Shown here in pieces: positions 44,507 through 53,442 of a DNA stretch of 64,000 nt. A model generated the notes under the pieces. The model saw only the letters and a list, made by a program, of their open reading frames with translations, ran no database searches and was not told the DNA's origin. The position numbers and the translations under genes were made by a program. Numbering within the stretch: the stretch's first letter is position 1; each line of letters starts with the position of its first letter. The stretch comes from a virus (Duplodnaviria > Heunggongvirae > Uroviricota > Caudoviricetes): IMG/VR virus record IMGVR_UViG_3300042987_001724; one strand, written 5' to 3'.

Positions 44507-45181
44507 CTAGCTTCGCGAACTATCCGGAAACTCCGGAAGGTTCAGCATGTACCGCCAGCCTTCGACGAGCCACATCACAAACGCGGCTGAATCTTCGCCG
44601 TACCATCCGCAGGCATATGGATGATGGCTTTCGACGAGAGCGATCTGCCCGGTTGAGAGTCGCCCGAAGTCAACGGCACCGCAGAAGCCTTTCGGCCAGT
44701 CGATGTTGAGTTCCGGGGCTGGTTCGAGTTCATCGTCACCGTCATACCATCCAGTTTCGAGAACGCAGCCATCAGCGACGTAGTATCGCCACTCCTGAGT
44801 GAACTCGACGACTTCGGACAGGTAGAGACAGCCCGGCGGATACTCTTGCGAATCTTCGACGATTTTCGCGGGGAACGCCTTGTATCGTTCGGCAGACTTC
44901 ACGAACCAATCGCCAAGGAATCTCGCCCCGCCGGTACGGATTCCCCACCGACGGTGCATCCAGTCATGAAGGAACACCGGGTAGAAATCAGGCGTCGGGT
45001 TGTATCCCAGACAGTCTTCGCAGTAGTCGACGCTACCGACCGGAGTCTTCCCGATTGTCGTTTCCGGGTTCCCCCAGCCGACTTGATAGCCGAGCTTCCG
45101 TGCGCCTTCGATCGCCTTGACGGCTTCGCGGCTCGATCCGTAGCCAGTCTCAAGCCAGAGTGTCGTCATGTTCAGGTCCAT
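44507..45181 (-). CDS. hypothetical protein (possible ATP-grasp-like fold)
   Basis: 224-aa ORF. Weak resemblance to ATP-grasp C-terminal regions (GARFLGDWFVKS.., VDFGRLSTGQIALVESHHPYACGWYG). The functional call is low confidence. Confidence 0.35.
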   Translation of the reverse strand: MDLNMTTLWLETGYGSSREAVKAIEGARKLGYQVGWGNPETTIGKTPVGSVDYCEDCLGYNPTPDFYPVFLHDWMHRRWGIRTGGARFLGDWFVKSAERYKAFPAKIVEDSQEYPPGCLYLSEVVEFTQEWRYYVADGCVLETGWYDGDDELEPAPELNIDWPKGFCGAVDFGRLSTGQIALVESHHPYACGWYGEDSAAFVMWLVEGWRYMLNLPEFPDSSRS

Positions 45182-45295
45182 GCCAGAAGTTTTCCATCGC
45201 AGATTGCTGGATCGCGAAATACCGTGCCGCGCCTGTTTGGTCTCGCCATGCCAACCATTCGATGCACCATTCCTCGTACTGGTAATCCAGTGTCG

Positions 45296-45637
45296 TCACT
45301 TCATTTCCTCCACCCATCGAACCAGCATCTGCGGACTGAACCGGCACGGATGATCGGGATACGCTTCCCGAAGCATTTCAGACGCCCGGTACGGTTTGAT
45401 AGATCCATCTGCAATCCTCGCCAGCATCGCCACGGCTTCCGCTGGTGGCTTCTTTCGCGGTCGTCCGGAGTTTCCCTTGGCGGCGAGTCCCGCCCGGCTG
45501 CGGTTCGCCTGTAGCGTTTCCAGATTGGCGCGGAGATCCAGCAGGAGAGAGCGGAGTTCACCCCGGATGGAATTTCCGAGCTTGTCCACCTTGGTAATGG
45601 CGGAGTCGATGCGAGCGATCAGTGGATGTGGTTTCAT
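45296..45637 (-). CDS. hypothetical protein
   Basis: Internal Met with GGAGGTGA RBS (MKPHPLIARIDSAI..). First of a tightly coupled minus-strand series. Confidence 0.45.
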   Translation of the reverse strand: MKPHPLIARIDSAITKVDKLGNSIRGELRSLLLDLRANLETLQANRSRAGLAAKGNSGRPRKKPPAEAVAMLARIADGSIKPYRASEMLREAYPDHPCRFSPQMLVRWVEEMK

Positions 45638-45794
45638 TTCACCTCCCCGGATTCCGGAATTGGCTGCTGTTTCCACTCACGACCGACGAGCTTGAATGAG
45701 GCGACGTCATCTTCGTCGGAATAAATCTCGATCCTCAGCGATCCATCCCGGTCGTCAATGCAGAGAAACACACCGTTCGGCCTCATGAATGTCA
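45634..45794 (-). CDS. small hypothetical protein (about 52 aa, not in ORF track)
   Basis: MTFMRPNGVFLCIDDRDGSLRIEIYSDEDDVASFKLVGREWKQQPIPESGEVK. ATGA overlaps at both ends. Coordinates are approximate. Confidence 0.3.
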
Positions 45795-46007
45795 TAGTTC
45801 GATGTTCTCGTCCTCATCCGCGATGATCTCGTCGATCTGCCGTTTCGCTTCCTCAAAGCTCGGGGCTGTCCCGCATCGTTCATCCGGAGGCCCATCGTAG
45901 TCGACGTGAGCGAACTGGTAGTCCCATGCTCGCGTCGGTACTGGTGGCGGATCGTAGCTGATTTTGTAGTCGCGATAGACTTCAGGGACTCGGTGAAATT
46001 CTGTCAT
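45792..46007 (-). CDS. hypothetical small protein
   Basis: 71-aa ORF, ATGA-coupled. Confidence 0.4.
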   Translation of the reverse strand: MTEFHRVPEVYRDYKISYDPPPVPTRAWDYQFAHVDYDGPPDERCGTAPSFEEAKRQIDEIIADEDENIEL

Positions 46008-46243
46008 TGCGATTCCTTTTCATCCATAACCTTGACGGACCATGCGGAGACATCTCCGGGAAGATGCGACTCCGCTTCCTTTTGTGCGGCCTCGATTGAC
46101 GGCCTACGGATGCGACCATTCAGGACAAATCCGTTCAGTGAAAGCGTCCAGTTGTAGCCAGTCTGCTTGCTGCGGCGAATTCGGATTGCATAGACATCCG
46201 CACCGGCTCCGGTTTCGAGTTCAGGGTTTTCCGTGTCGTTCAT
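46004..46243 (-). CDS. hypothetical small protein
   Basis: Internal Met start (MNDTENPELETGAGADVYAIRIRR..) gives an ATGA overlap with the upstream gene. The long ORF-track 5' extension is Arg/Pro-rich low-complexity. Confidence 0.4.
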   Translation of the reverse strand: MNDTENPELETGAGADVYAIRIRRSKQTGYNWTLSLNGFVLNGRIRRPSIEAAQKEAESHLPGDVSAWSVKVMDEKESQ

Positions 46244-46443
46244 GGCGAAACCTTTTCGAGTTTGTGGTAGATCGCTTCTGGGATGCAAATCCGCGCCCCG
46301 CGATAGATGTAGAAGTAGACGGAACCGACGCCGTGTTTCTTGTCGCCGATGTGTGCGTTCACTTCGCGACCGTCGGACAATTTGACGCGGCCCCGGCGGC
46401 GGATGTTTTTCAGGCGGATCGTGAGGATAATTTCGTCTGTCAT
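46240..46443 (-). CDS. hypothetical small protein
   Basis: 67-aa ORF, ATGA-coupled. Confidence 0.4.
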   Translation of the reverse strand: MTDEIILTIRLKNIRRRGRVKLSDGREVNAHIGDKKHGVGSVYFYIYRGARICIPEAIYHKLEKVSP

Positions 46444-46667
46444 TTCGCCACCAATTCAACTTCAATTCCACCCGGAAACCGAACTCGCCCACCCCAGTCA
46501 AGGTCGAGGGCGATCACCCCGGTCGCATCGCCGGGTTCGTCAGCAACTCGCCTGTATGTGTGGCAAGGACCGCACATACCACGAGCAATAAATTCATCAC
46601 CTTGAGCGAGTTCACTAGCCTTCATCATCATCTCCTTGTCGCGGGTGCCTGTTGCCTTCATCGTCAT
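46440..46667 (-). CDS. hypothetical small protein with CxxC
   Basis: Internal Met (MTMKATGTRDKEMMMKASELAQGDEFIARGMCGPCHTYRR..) overlaps the upstream stop by ATGA. Confidence 0.4.
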   Translation of the reverse strand: MTMKATGTRDKEMMMKASELAQGDEFIARGMCGPCHTYRRVADEPGDATGVIALDLDWGGRVRFPGGIEVELVAK

Positions 46668-47161
46668 TCTCCGTTCGTTTCTTCGAGATCCCGGCAGTCG
46701 CTGCACACGAGGCCGGTTTCCCTTTCCTCTTGGTTGATGTATCCCGCTGACCCGTCCTTGCGGACATACTCGCCCGTTCGGTTGCGGCTGAACTTCCCGC
46801 ACTTCGAACAGTGACGGAGGCTGGCGGCTGGTTTCTTTTTCGATTTCAGACTGTTCGATCGTTGGGGCATGCCGAGTTGCATGCGACGCGCCCGGTCTGC
46901 GGCGAATGTCCCGATCTTTTCCCATCGTTCGTCAGGGAACTCGATTCGCAGTCGGTCGTAAAGCTCGTAAATCGCCCGGTCGTAGTCATCGTTCGTTCCG
47001 GGAAGAGGCAGTTCAAACCCGCTACTCCGCGCGAATCCGACCATCTCGGGCCGCGTTACGCGATAGGATGGAGCAACATCCAGCACAGACTTCGATGGCG
47101 TCCGGCTGCGAAACCTGCGATCCGTTTCATCGACAATCATTTTGATTTGGTCTGGTGTCAT
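46664..47161 (-). CDS. hypothetical protein with C-terminal Zn-ribbon
   Basis: 165 aa, with CSKCGKF..CSDC at the C-terminus. Confidence 0.45.
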   Translation of the reverse strand: MTPDQIKMIVDETDRRFRSRTPSKSVLDVAPSYRVTRPEMVGFARSSGFELPLPGTNDDYDRAIYELYDRLRIEFPDERWEKIGTFAADRARRMQLGMPQRSNSLKSKKKPAASLRHCSKCGKFSRNRTGEYVRKDGSAGYINQEERETGLVCSDCRDLEETNGE

Positions 47162-47418
47162 TTCGGATTCCGTTCGTCGACAATCTTCTGAAAGTTGGAA
47201 TCGACGGCTGCGATGCAGTTGCCGGTTGCGCCCACCAGTTCAATCAGGGCGGAGCGGAGGCTTCCGTACTGACACCGCTTGTCGGACTTCGCCAGCGAGA
47301 CGCCGTGAACCGCTGAAGCGATTTGCTGACGCAGGATCGCGGCACGGGGACCGTAAATTGCGTCCATGTATCGCTGCCCGTTCGTGGCGGAAGATTTCAG
47401 GATCTCGATTGCCTTCAT
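47158..47418 (-). CDS. hypothetical small protein
   Basis: Start at MKAIEILKSS after a GGAGAGGA RBS. First gene of the minus-strand operon. Confidence 0.45.
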   Translation of the reverse strand: MKAIEILKSSATNGQRYMDAIYGPRAAILRQQIASAVHGVSLAKSDKRCQYGSLRSALIELVGATGNCIAAVDSNFQKIVDERNPK

Positions 47419-47489
47419 CGTAATTCCTCTCCATGTTGAGTGACTGAACAACAGGAACAATATCGACCTGTCCCGCTCGCGTCAACAGT

Positions 47490-47507
47490 AATTCCGAGAA
47501 TTATCTA
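47490..47507 (+). promoter_or_regulatory. palindrome AATTCCGAGAATT + ATCTA
   Basis: Fourth copy. Lies in the divergent intergenic region between the minus operon (47418..) and plus gene 47682. Followed ~90 nt later by GAAAAACTTCCGTAGAAT. Confidence 0.5.
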
Positions 47508-47681
47508 CAGGCTGACCACCGGCTTGATTGCCTTGACGAGCTTCCGCTACTGTTTACGCTCAAAAAACTCTCCAGATCACCAAAATGCGAGAATTTTCTG
47601 AAAAACTTCCGTAGAATGTGATCCGACGCGGCTTGCGAGCGTATCAATGGGCGGGTGATGTTCCGCAAACGGGAGAGCTAA

Positions 47682-48110
47682 ATGGACCTGAAAGAGCGAG
47701 TCGAACTGATGCGGCAGACATTGGACGCACTTGAACGAATCGAGGCGAACGGCGGAAAAGTGCCGGATGGGTTTGTGCTGGAATGTACTGACCGTGGAGA
47801 GCATTGGGGCCGATCTGCCTATGTGAACGTAGCCGACAAAACAGTTAGACAAACTGATGCTGGAGTGTATTACCGACTCCGCAGCACAACCCCGCGACTG
47901 GTTCCGCTCGGGCCGGAAGACGTGCCGCCGGGAAGTGTCGTTCGTCTCGCAAAAGTCGGATGGCTCGCAGTCTCAGAATGCGCAGATGAAGGATTGATCG
48001 TCAACTCGCTCGCTCCCGACGACATTTCATGGAGCAGGCTTATGGATGATGGATGGGAAATCAAACGCCCCGGCGAAGACTGGGCACCGTGCAGTAAGGA
48101 GTCGAAGTGA
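47682..48110 (+). CDS. hypothetical protein
   Basis: 142-aa ORF. Confidence 0.5.
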   Translation: MDLKERVELMRQTLDALERIEANGGKVPDGFVLECTDRGEHWGRSAYVNVADKTVRQTDAGVYYRLRSTTPRLVPLGPEDVPPGSVVRLAKVGWLAVSECADEGLIVNSLAPDDISWSRLMDDGWEIKRPGEDWAPCSKESK

Positions 48111-48176
48111 TTATCGTTGCGAGTTCCCATTCAGGGGCTTGTGAGACTCCGTAGAGCTTGGAGCCACGGAGCAGGT

Positions 48177-48215
48177 CAGACGCCGCGTCACTTCGATTCG
48201 GCGTCTGATTTCGTT
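48177..48215. terminator. bidirectional intrinsic-terminator-like hairpin
   Basis: TCAGACGCCG-N12-CGGCGTCTGA is a 10-bp perfect stem followed by TTTCGTT. It sits between convergent genes. Confidence 0.5.
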
Positions 48216-48795
48216 AGTAGAGAAAGAATGATTTCGACCTGCCGTCTTCGTTGGTGATCGTGAGATTCTCCGAAACGGACTGCTTTGACAGAAACGCCGT
48301 CATGGCCGTCGACAGCGGCCCCTCAACATCGAATGGGCTGAACATCTTCTGGAGCATGGGCCACGCCTTGGACATCCTGCCAGACTTCCTGACGTAAGGG
48401 TGCATCCACGCCCATTGCATCGCCCAGTATTTGCTTGGGGACGTGTTTGGATACTGCCGAAACCGAAAGCAGCAAGCGCCAACTGCAACCGGCTTTTCTG
48501 GCATGGAGTCGAGAAATAGGACAGCAATCGTGCCATCATCGCGAGCGGCCTCGACCGCAGAGTATTGGAGAAGGTCGTATCCGAATTCACGGCGAAAATA
48601 TTTTGCCAAAGTCTCGACAGCATTGAGCGACGACTTTCGGCTACGGCGGTGGACAAGCCTCGTCTCTACGGGTTGCTCAACGCCAGCGACAATGTCTGGT
48701 CTCGTAGTTATTTCGCGGAGGCTCTCGAATCTCTCGACCGATGGAAGAATGATGTCGTATTTGCTGCTCACTTCCGTGGCCTCCCTTTCGGCCAT
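48214..48795 (-). CDS. hypothetical protein
   Basis: 193-aa ORF. Confidence 0.45.
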   Translation of the reverse strand: MAEREATEVSSKYDIILPSVERFESLREITTRPDIVAGVEQPVETRLVHRRSRKSSLNAVETLAKYFRREFGYDLLQYSAVEAARDDGTIAVLFLDSMPEKPVAVGACCFRFRQYPNTSPSKYWAMQWAWMHPYVRKSGRMSKAWPMLQKMFSPFDVEGPLSTAMTAFLSKQSVSENLTITNEDGRSKSFFLY

Positions 48796-49034
48796 CCCCC
48801 GCCATTGTTCGACCCTTCCCCGAGCTTCGGATTTCCGGGGCTGCGAAGGATCACGGCGCGGAGCTTCGGAATGTCGGTGTCAGTGAACGCCAGTGCTCGC
48901 CCCACGGTCTGGCCGATGTTGTGATTTCGCGCCGCACGCTGGACGGACCGGCTGTGGCATCCGAGGGATTCGGCGACTTCCGTAGAGGTGTAGAGCTTGC
49001 CGAGTTCCGGTGGCTTCGGTTTCTTCTTTTTCAT
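48768..49034 (-). CDS. HTH DNA-binding protein (excisionase/AlpA-like)
   Basis: Basic N-terminus followed by an HTH: LYTSTEVAESLGCHSRSVQRAARNHNIG. Confidence 0.5.
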   Translation of the reverse strand: MKKKKPKPPELGKLYTSTEVAESLGCHSRSVQRAARNHNIGQTVGRALAFTDTDIPKLRAVILRSPGNPKLGEGSNNGGGWPKGRPRK

Positions 49035-49222
49035 TTCGCTTTTCTTTCCAATCTCAACTCTTCTGGCGTCAACCGTCGACCGAAGTCAACGAAAAACGTG
49101 CATCCGCATTCATGGCATCTCGGCACGCCGCGACTCGGTGTCGTGAACTTGCTTCCAGACACGAACGCAACATTCTGCGCCCCGCAGAACGGACAAAACG
49201 CAACTTTTGGATTCTTCTCCAT
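49031..49222 (-). CDS. Zn-ribbon small protein
   Basis: CPFCG..CHECG. ATGA-coupled. Confidence 0.45.
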   Translation of the reverse strand: MEKNPKVAFCPFCGAQNVAFVSGSKFTTPSRGVPRCHECGCTFFVDFGRRLTPEELRLERKAK

Positions 49223-49341
49223 GCGGAAATTATTGTCGCGACGGCGGCGATGGTCAAGACTTCCGCTTGATTTCTGATTTCGCGCCGCTAAACTGGAAGT
49301 TGGTCGGAAACTTCTACGGAAAATCGGAGAGGAGCGGAGGG

Positions 49342-49647
49342 ATGATGATTGTTGTCGACATTTTCATTGGATTCGCTGCCGGATGCACAGTGATGGGGCT
49401 TGCCTTCGGTCTCTACGGCAATCCACGAGCGGACCAGCTTGAGGCGGAGTTGGCTGGCGTCCGGGATGCGATTCACGAAGAGTTCGAAGACGAACTCAGG
49501 TTCATGAGGCTTCGCAACACCAAGTTACAAGAGCGACTCTCGTCTTGCCTTGATGCGTTGATTTCGTGGGAAAAATGGGCAGGTATCGCCATGCGAGAGA
49601 TGCCGAGAGTTGAAAACCACACTGAAGACGAATGGTCCGCAGGATGA
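49342..49647 (+). CDS. small membrane protein
   Basis: Strong GGAGAGGAGCGGAGGG RBS. MMIVVDIFIGFAAGCTVMGLAFGLYG TM followed by a coiled coil. Confidence 0.45.
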   Translation: MMIVVDIFIGFAAGCTVMGLAFGLYGNPRADQLEAELAGVRDAIHEEFEDELRFMRLRNTKLQERLSSCLDALISWEKWAGIAMREMPRVENHTEDEWSAG

Positions 49648-50243
49648 CGAACGATTTCCCCGGAACGAAGCTACCGGATCTGTCGAAGCTCCCGGCGACT
49701 GATCGCGAAAAGCAGATCGCAGCGGAGTATTCGCGAATCTCAACCGAGGATACGGTCCCGATTCTTGTCGTCGGGCGGCAATCATTCCAACTCGGTGGAT
49801 TGACCGGACTCGGCGACGATCAAGCGAATTGGACGTGCTGGATGCTCGCCAAGGCCATCAAGAAGATTGAGGACGCGGTTTACGACAAGGCTATCGAAAA
49901 GATCAACGACATGGCCTCTGCGGCGTCCGGAAAGTCTGATTCGATTGCGAACATATTGAATCTTCTGGAGTGCTACCGACTCTCGAAGCAGGGAAAAACC
50001 GGCGACGATGCTAAGGTTCGGGATGAAGTCGGATCGCCACCGATGCGGAAGTTTCGCGGCGAGGCTTACGCGGCAACATGCTATGGGACCGCGCCGGTTG
50101 AATTTGAGTTCGAGGTTCCCGCAACTGCGACCGTCGAAGAAATTGAATCCGCCGCAAATATGGCTGCGATGGACGAGGTGCAGGTTAGCTGGAGTGAGGT
50201 ACATCCGCCAAAACCACGAAAGAAGAAAGTCAAAACCGACTGA
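49632..50243 (+). CDS. putative terminase small subunit (positional call)
   Basis: About 200-aa ORF immediately upstream of, and overlapping, the terminase large subunit gene. No diagnostic motif. Confidence 0.3.
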   Translation: MVRRMTNDFPGTKLPDLSKLPATDREKQIAAEYSRISTEDTVPILVVGRQSFQLGGLTGLGDDQANWTCWMLAKAIKKIEDAVYDKAIEKINDMASAASGKSDSIANILNLLECYRLSKQGKTGDDAKVRDEVGSPPMRKFRGEAYAATCYGTAPVEFEFEVPATATVEEIESAANMAAMDEVQVSWSEVHPPKPRKKKVKTD

Positions 50244-51913
50244 TGGTCCCGGCCCCGAAGACTGTTGAGTCCTGCGAAGAATTCGCCCGATCACAAGAGT
50301 TGATTCCGGAACTGGACGCTCTACTTTCGAATTGGGACCATCTCACGCAAGCGGAGCGAGACTTTGCCCTGAAGTACGCGAAGTACGTCGATCGAGGCTA
50401 CCGTATCACGCCATACATGATGCGAGCTTGCCCGAATCCGTACCCGAAGCAACAGCAGTTCATAAGTCTCAATGATTTAGAGGCTTACACAGGGGGAAGT
50501 ACGGGCGGCGGAAAATCGAATGCCTTACTTCTGGCTGCTCTCCAATTCGTGGATATCCCCACATACTCGGCTTGCGTGTTTCGCGCCACGTACACCAACC
50601 TTTCGAAATCTGGCGCGATAATGGACCGTGCGAAGTCGTGGCTGATCTACGACGGCTCCGACGTCCACTGGAACGCCAATGATTGCGTTTTCACGTTCCC
50701 CAGCGGCGCGAAGCTCTCGTTCGCCTACATGCAGTCACAGAAGCACGCCGACAATCATCGGTCAGCCGAATACACTTTCTTGGCATACGATGAAGTGACT
50801 GAGATCCCGGAGGAGTGCTATCGGTTCCTGTTCTCTCGTCTTCGCAGAAATAAGACCGGCTTCAATATCCCGCTGCGGTGCCGATCGGCGTCGAATCCGG
50901 GGGGCGAGCACTCCGAGTGGGTTAAAAATCGGTTCATCCCGAAAGGATACTTGGAATGCAAGGACAACGAATTCCGGTTCAACAGGCTGTGGAAGAAGGG
51001 GGAGGTTTGCTCTGACTGCGAGGGAACAGGGAAGCTCGACAAGGAGCCTTGTTTCTATTGCGATGGGGTCGGGTACACGACAAGGACATTTGTCCCGTCC
51101 CGAATTCAAGACAACCCCGCGATGGACGCAAACGAATACCGCAAGGCGCTGTCAAAGCTGACATTCGTCGAGAGACAGCAGGCGGAGCATGGCGACTGGA
51201 ACATCACTGCCGAAGGTGGCGTGTTTCGTTTGGCATGGTTCCGTTACTACACCATGAATGGCGACTACCTGAAGCTGCCTCGATTCGACGAGCACAACAG
51301 GCCGCTTTCGACGCTGGCGATCAGCAAAAAGGATTGCGTCATATTCGTCACTGCGGACACGGCCACGAAGGAAAAGACGACGGCAGACTTCAGCGTGATC
51401 TGCACATGGGCCTACCATCGACAATCTGGATCTCTTGTCTTGCTCGATGTCATCCGCAAGAAGGTGGACACGCCGGAACTTCTGCCGCTTCTGTCTGGAG
51501 CCTGCCTGCAATCGCACGCCCAATTCGTTCTTATCGAAGAGGCGTCATCCGGAGTTGAATTATTGCAGTCGCTGCGAAAGAACAACGCTTGTATCGGCGG
51601 AATTCCCGTCAAAGCGTTTCTGACGGGTTCGAAAGACAAGGTTTCTCGTTCGGCACCTGCGCAGATTCGCATGGAATCCGGGATGATCTATTTCCCCGCA
51701 GAAGAGACGGAGTGGAAGTCAGCTTGCCAAGCGGAGTTACTTTCGTTTGGCTCCGCCACAGCCCCCCACGACGATTTCGTCGACAACGTCAGCATGGCGG
51801 CGTGGTACGCAGAGAATCACAACACGATCCACATCGGCGGTGGCGAGAACGCGGCCCCGGTGGAGATCGCGGCTGGCCCTTCGCTACCCGGTAGGCGGAT
51901 GCAATTCGGATGA
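50243..51913 (+). CDS. terL: terminase large subunit
   Basis: ATPase Walker A GGSTGGGKS and Walker B FLAYDEVTE. C-terminal RNaseH-like nuclease (VIFVTADTATKEK.., HDDFVDNVSMA). Confidence 0.9.
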   Translation: MVPAPKTVESCEEFARSQELIPELDALLSNWDHLTQAERDFALKYAKYVDRGYRITPYMMRACPNPYPKQQQFISLNDLEAYTGGSTGGGKSNALLLAALQFVDIPTYSACVFRATYTNLSKSGAIMDRAKSWLIYDGSDVHWNANDCVFTFPSGAKLSFAYMQSQKHADNHRSAEYTFLAYDEVTEIPEECYRFLFSRLRRNKTGFNIPLRCRSASNPGGEHSEWVKNRFIPKGYLECKDNEFRFNRLWKKGEVCSDCEGTGKLDKEPCFYCDGVGYTTRTFVPSRIQDNPAMDANEYRKALSKLTFVERQQAEHGDWNITAEGGVFRLAWFRYYTMNGDYLKLPRFDEHNRPLSTLAISKKDCVIFVTADTATKEKTTADFSVICTWAYHRQSGSLVLLDVIRKKVDTPELLPLLSGACLQSHAQFVLIEEASSGVELLQSLRKNNACIGGIPVKAFLTGSKDKVSRSAPAQIRMESGMIYFPAEETEWKSACQAELLSFGSATAPHDDFVDNVSMAAWYAENHNTIHIGGGENAAPVEIAAGPSLPGRRMQFG

Positions 51914-51975
51914 TGTCGGGAATTTTCCGATAAACTTGTGATCTGATCGGATTCTGGAACGTATCACAGGACGGG

Positions 51976-52488
51976 TTGTTATCACGGATCGAAGTTTATG
52001 GGGATCGCGATATGAGATCAAAGAATCGTAGGCTTGCCTGCGGAACAGCAAAACGACTGATTGATGGTGTTGTTCGCCGGTGCGATGAAGTGAACGCCAG
52101 TGGAGAATTCATCGAATCCGTTGCGCGTGCGTGGCTATTTGGCTCCTGCGCTCGCGGCGAGCAGAGGCCGCACGACGTGGATATCTGCCTTCAGCTTGAC
52201 CGGAGGCCACACGGCGTTTGCGGTCAAGAATGGGTGCAGACGTCGATTCGGTTCGCGGAGGAATCCGGCAGAGAATTCAGGTCATTCATGGACATGATCT
52301 ACTGGCCGACGACATCCCTGTTGCGGAAAGTTCGCGGTGGATCGGTCGCGCTGTCGATTCACATTTACCACGATACGGAAAAAATCGTCTACGACCATCC
52401 AGAGACGACGATGATTTACGAATGCGAAAACCTGAAGGGTATCGTTGCAGATCCTCTCGGGAAACCTTTCACGGGAGTATGGCAATGA
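51976..52488 (+). CDS. minimal nucleotidyltransferase (Pol-beta superfamily) domain protein
   Basis: WLFGSCARGEQRPHDVDICL matches the hG[GS]x[AR]xGxxxxxSD[hV]D NTase signature. Confidence 0.55.
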   Translation: MLSRIEVYGDRDMRSKNRRLACGTAKRLIDGVVRRCDEVNASGEFIESVARAWLFGSCARGEQRPHDVDICLQLDRRPHGVCGQEWVQTSIRFAEESGREFRSFMDMIYWPTTSLLRKVRGGSVALSIHIYHDTEKIVYDHPETTMIYECENLKGIVADPLGKPFTGVWQ

Positions 52489-52715
52489 AAGGGAAGCGAC
52501 GCTCGAAGAATGAAAAAGACATCCAGCATGAAGGCGTCTCTGCCTTCGCTGCGGGTTCACAGGACACGGACTGCCCTTACAAATCGAACGGGAACGCAGC
52601 CGACGTGTCACAGAAGCGGATTTGGTGGATGAACGGCTACTGGGCCGCGCATGTTGTCGCGAATGTTCGCGGCGTCACCTTGAACGAAATGCTTGCGGAA
52701 AAGGATGCGGAATGA
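52485..52715 (+). CDS. Rmf-like (ribosome modulation factor-like) small protein
   Basis: KDIQHEGVSAFAAGSQDTDCPYKSNG..SQKRIWWMNGYWAAHVV aligns to E. coli Rmf RAHQRGYQAGIAGRSKEMCPYQ..QRSQWLGGWREAMADRVV, including the CPY and W..GW..A motifs. Confidence 0.5.
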   Translation: MKGKRRSKNEKDIQHEGVSAFAAGSQDTDCPYKSNGNAADVSQKRIWWMNGYWAAHVVANVRGVTLNEMLAEKDAE

Positions 52716-53260
52716 AGATCGAGGAATTCAAGGCGTTGGCCAACGGAGCGAAGGTCGTTTGGACGGGATACAACGGCCCCGTCGATGGAGTGTTCACGAA
52801 AAACGGCGACGGATATCAGATTACGTGGAGCGATGGGAAGGTCGCTTACGGGGTGTTTCGCCAAGGAGGCTTCATGGAGGATAAATGGGTGGCGAACATC
52901 GCCGTCGCCGCAACTCAGTTTGCCGAAATCAAGATTCCGATTCCCGCAGGCTGGGTAGCAACCGGCGAATTCAGATTGCCATCGCCGCTGGTTGATTGCT
53001 ATCTCCATCAGGACGGCGTCACCGTAATCGAGGCGAAGTGTGGCAACCAGCCCTGTCTCGGCCCTCGCGTCATCTTGAAGCGGATCGTTCCGAAAACTCT
53101 TGCCGACAGGATTCGCGACTACACCAGAGTGATCGGCGAGGCTGTTGACGCCACCAACCCAGCCGATGAAGGAGCACTCCGTATCGTAATTCTGAGGGAG
53201 GTTCGCCGCGACTTGATCGAAATCCTCAAGGAATTTGACGGACCGGAATCAAAAGCGTAA
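52712..53260 (+). CDS. hypothetical protein
   Basis: Start MKIEEFKALANG with ATGA coupling. The 5' extension in the ORF track is Cys/Arg-rich and implausible. Confidence 0.45.
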   Translation: MKIEEFKALANGAKVVWTGYNGPVDGVFTKNGDGYQITWSDGKVAYGVFRQGGFMEDKWVANIAVAATQFAEIKIPIPAGWVATGEFRLPSPLVDCYLHQDGVTVIEAKCGNQPCLGPRVILKRIVPKTLADRIRDYTRVIGEAVDATNPADEGALRIVILREVRRDLIEILKEFDGPESKA

Positions 53261-53442
53261 GATTCGCGGAAACTTCCTGAAAGGTTCGAGATGGTCAACA
53301 TCGGCGCATGGCTACTACTGACGATTGAAGCCGCAAGCATGATCGCTGCGATACAGGATGGTCTTGCCGCTGTCGCGTCGGCTCACGGGCTAATCTCCGT
53401 GGCCGTGACGATTCTTCTTGCTTCGGATGGGGTGACACCGGC

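Noticed and set aside
44846-45514. 222-aa plus-strand ORF; also 46042-46605+, 60040-60792-, 50762-51109-
   Set aside because: They are antisense to well-supported genes (the minus operon, the major capsid gene, terL) and have skewed composition.
48111-48213. Intergenic regions of 90-220 bp checked for tRNA genes (also 14185-14286, 26191-26309, 39364-39454, 47461-47681, 57422-57592)
   Set aside because: No acceptor-stem, T-loop or anticodon-loop cloverleaf could be built by eye. 48177-48215 is better explained as a bidirectional terminator hairpin.
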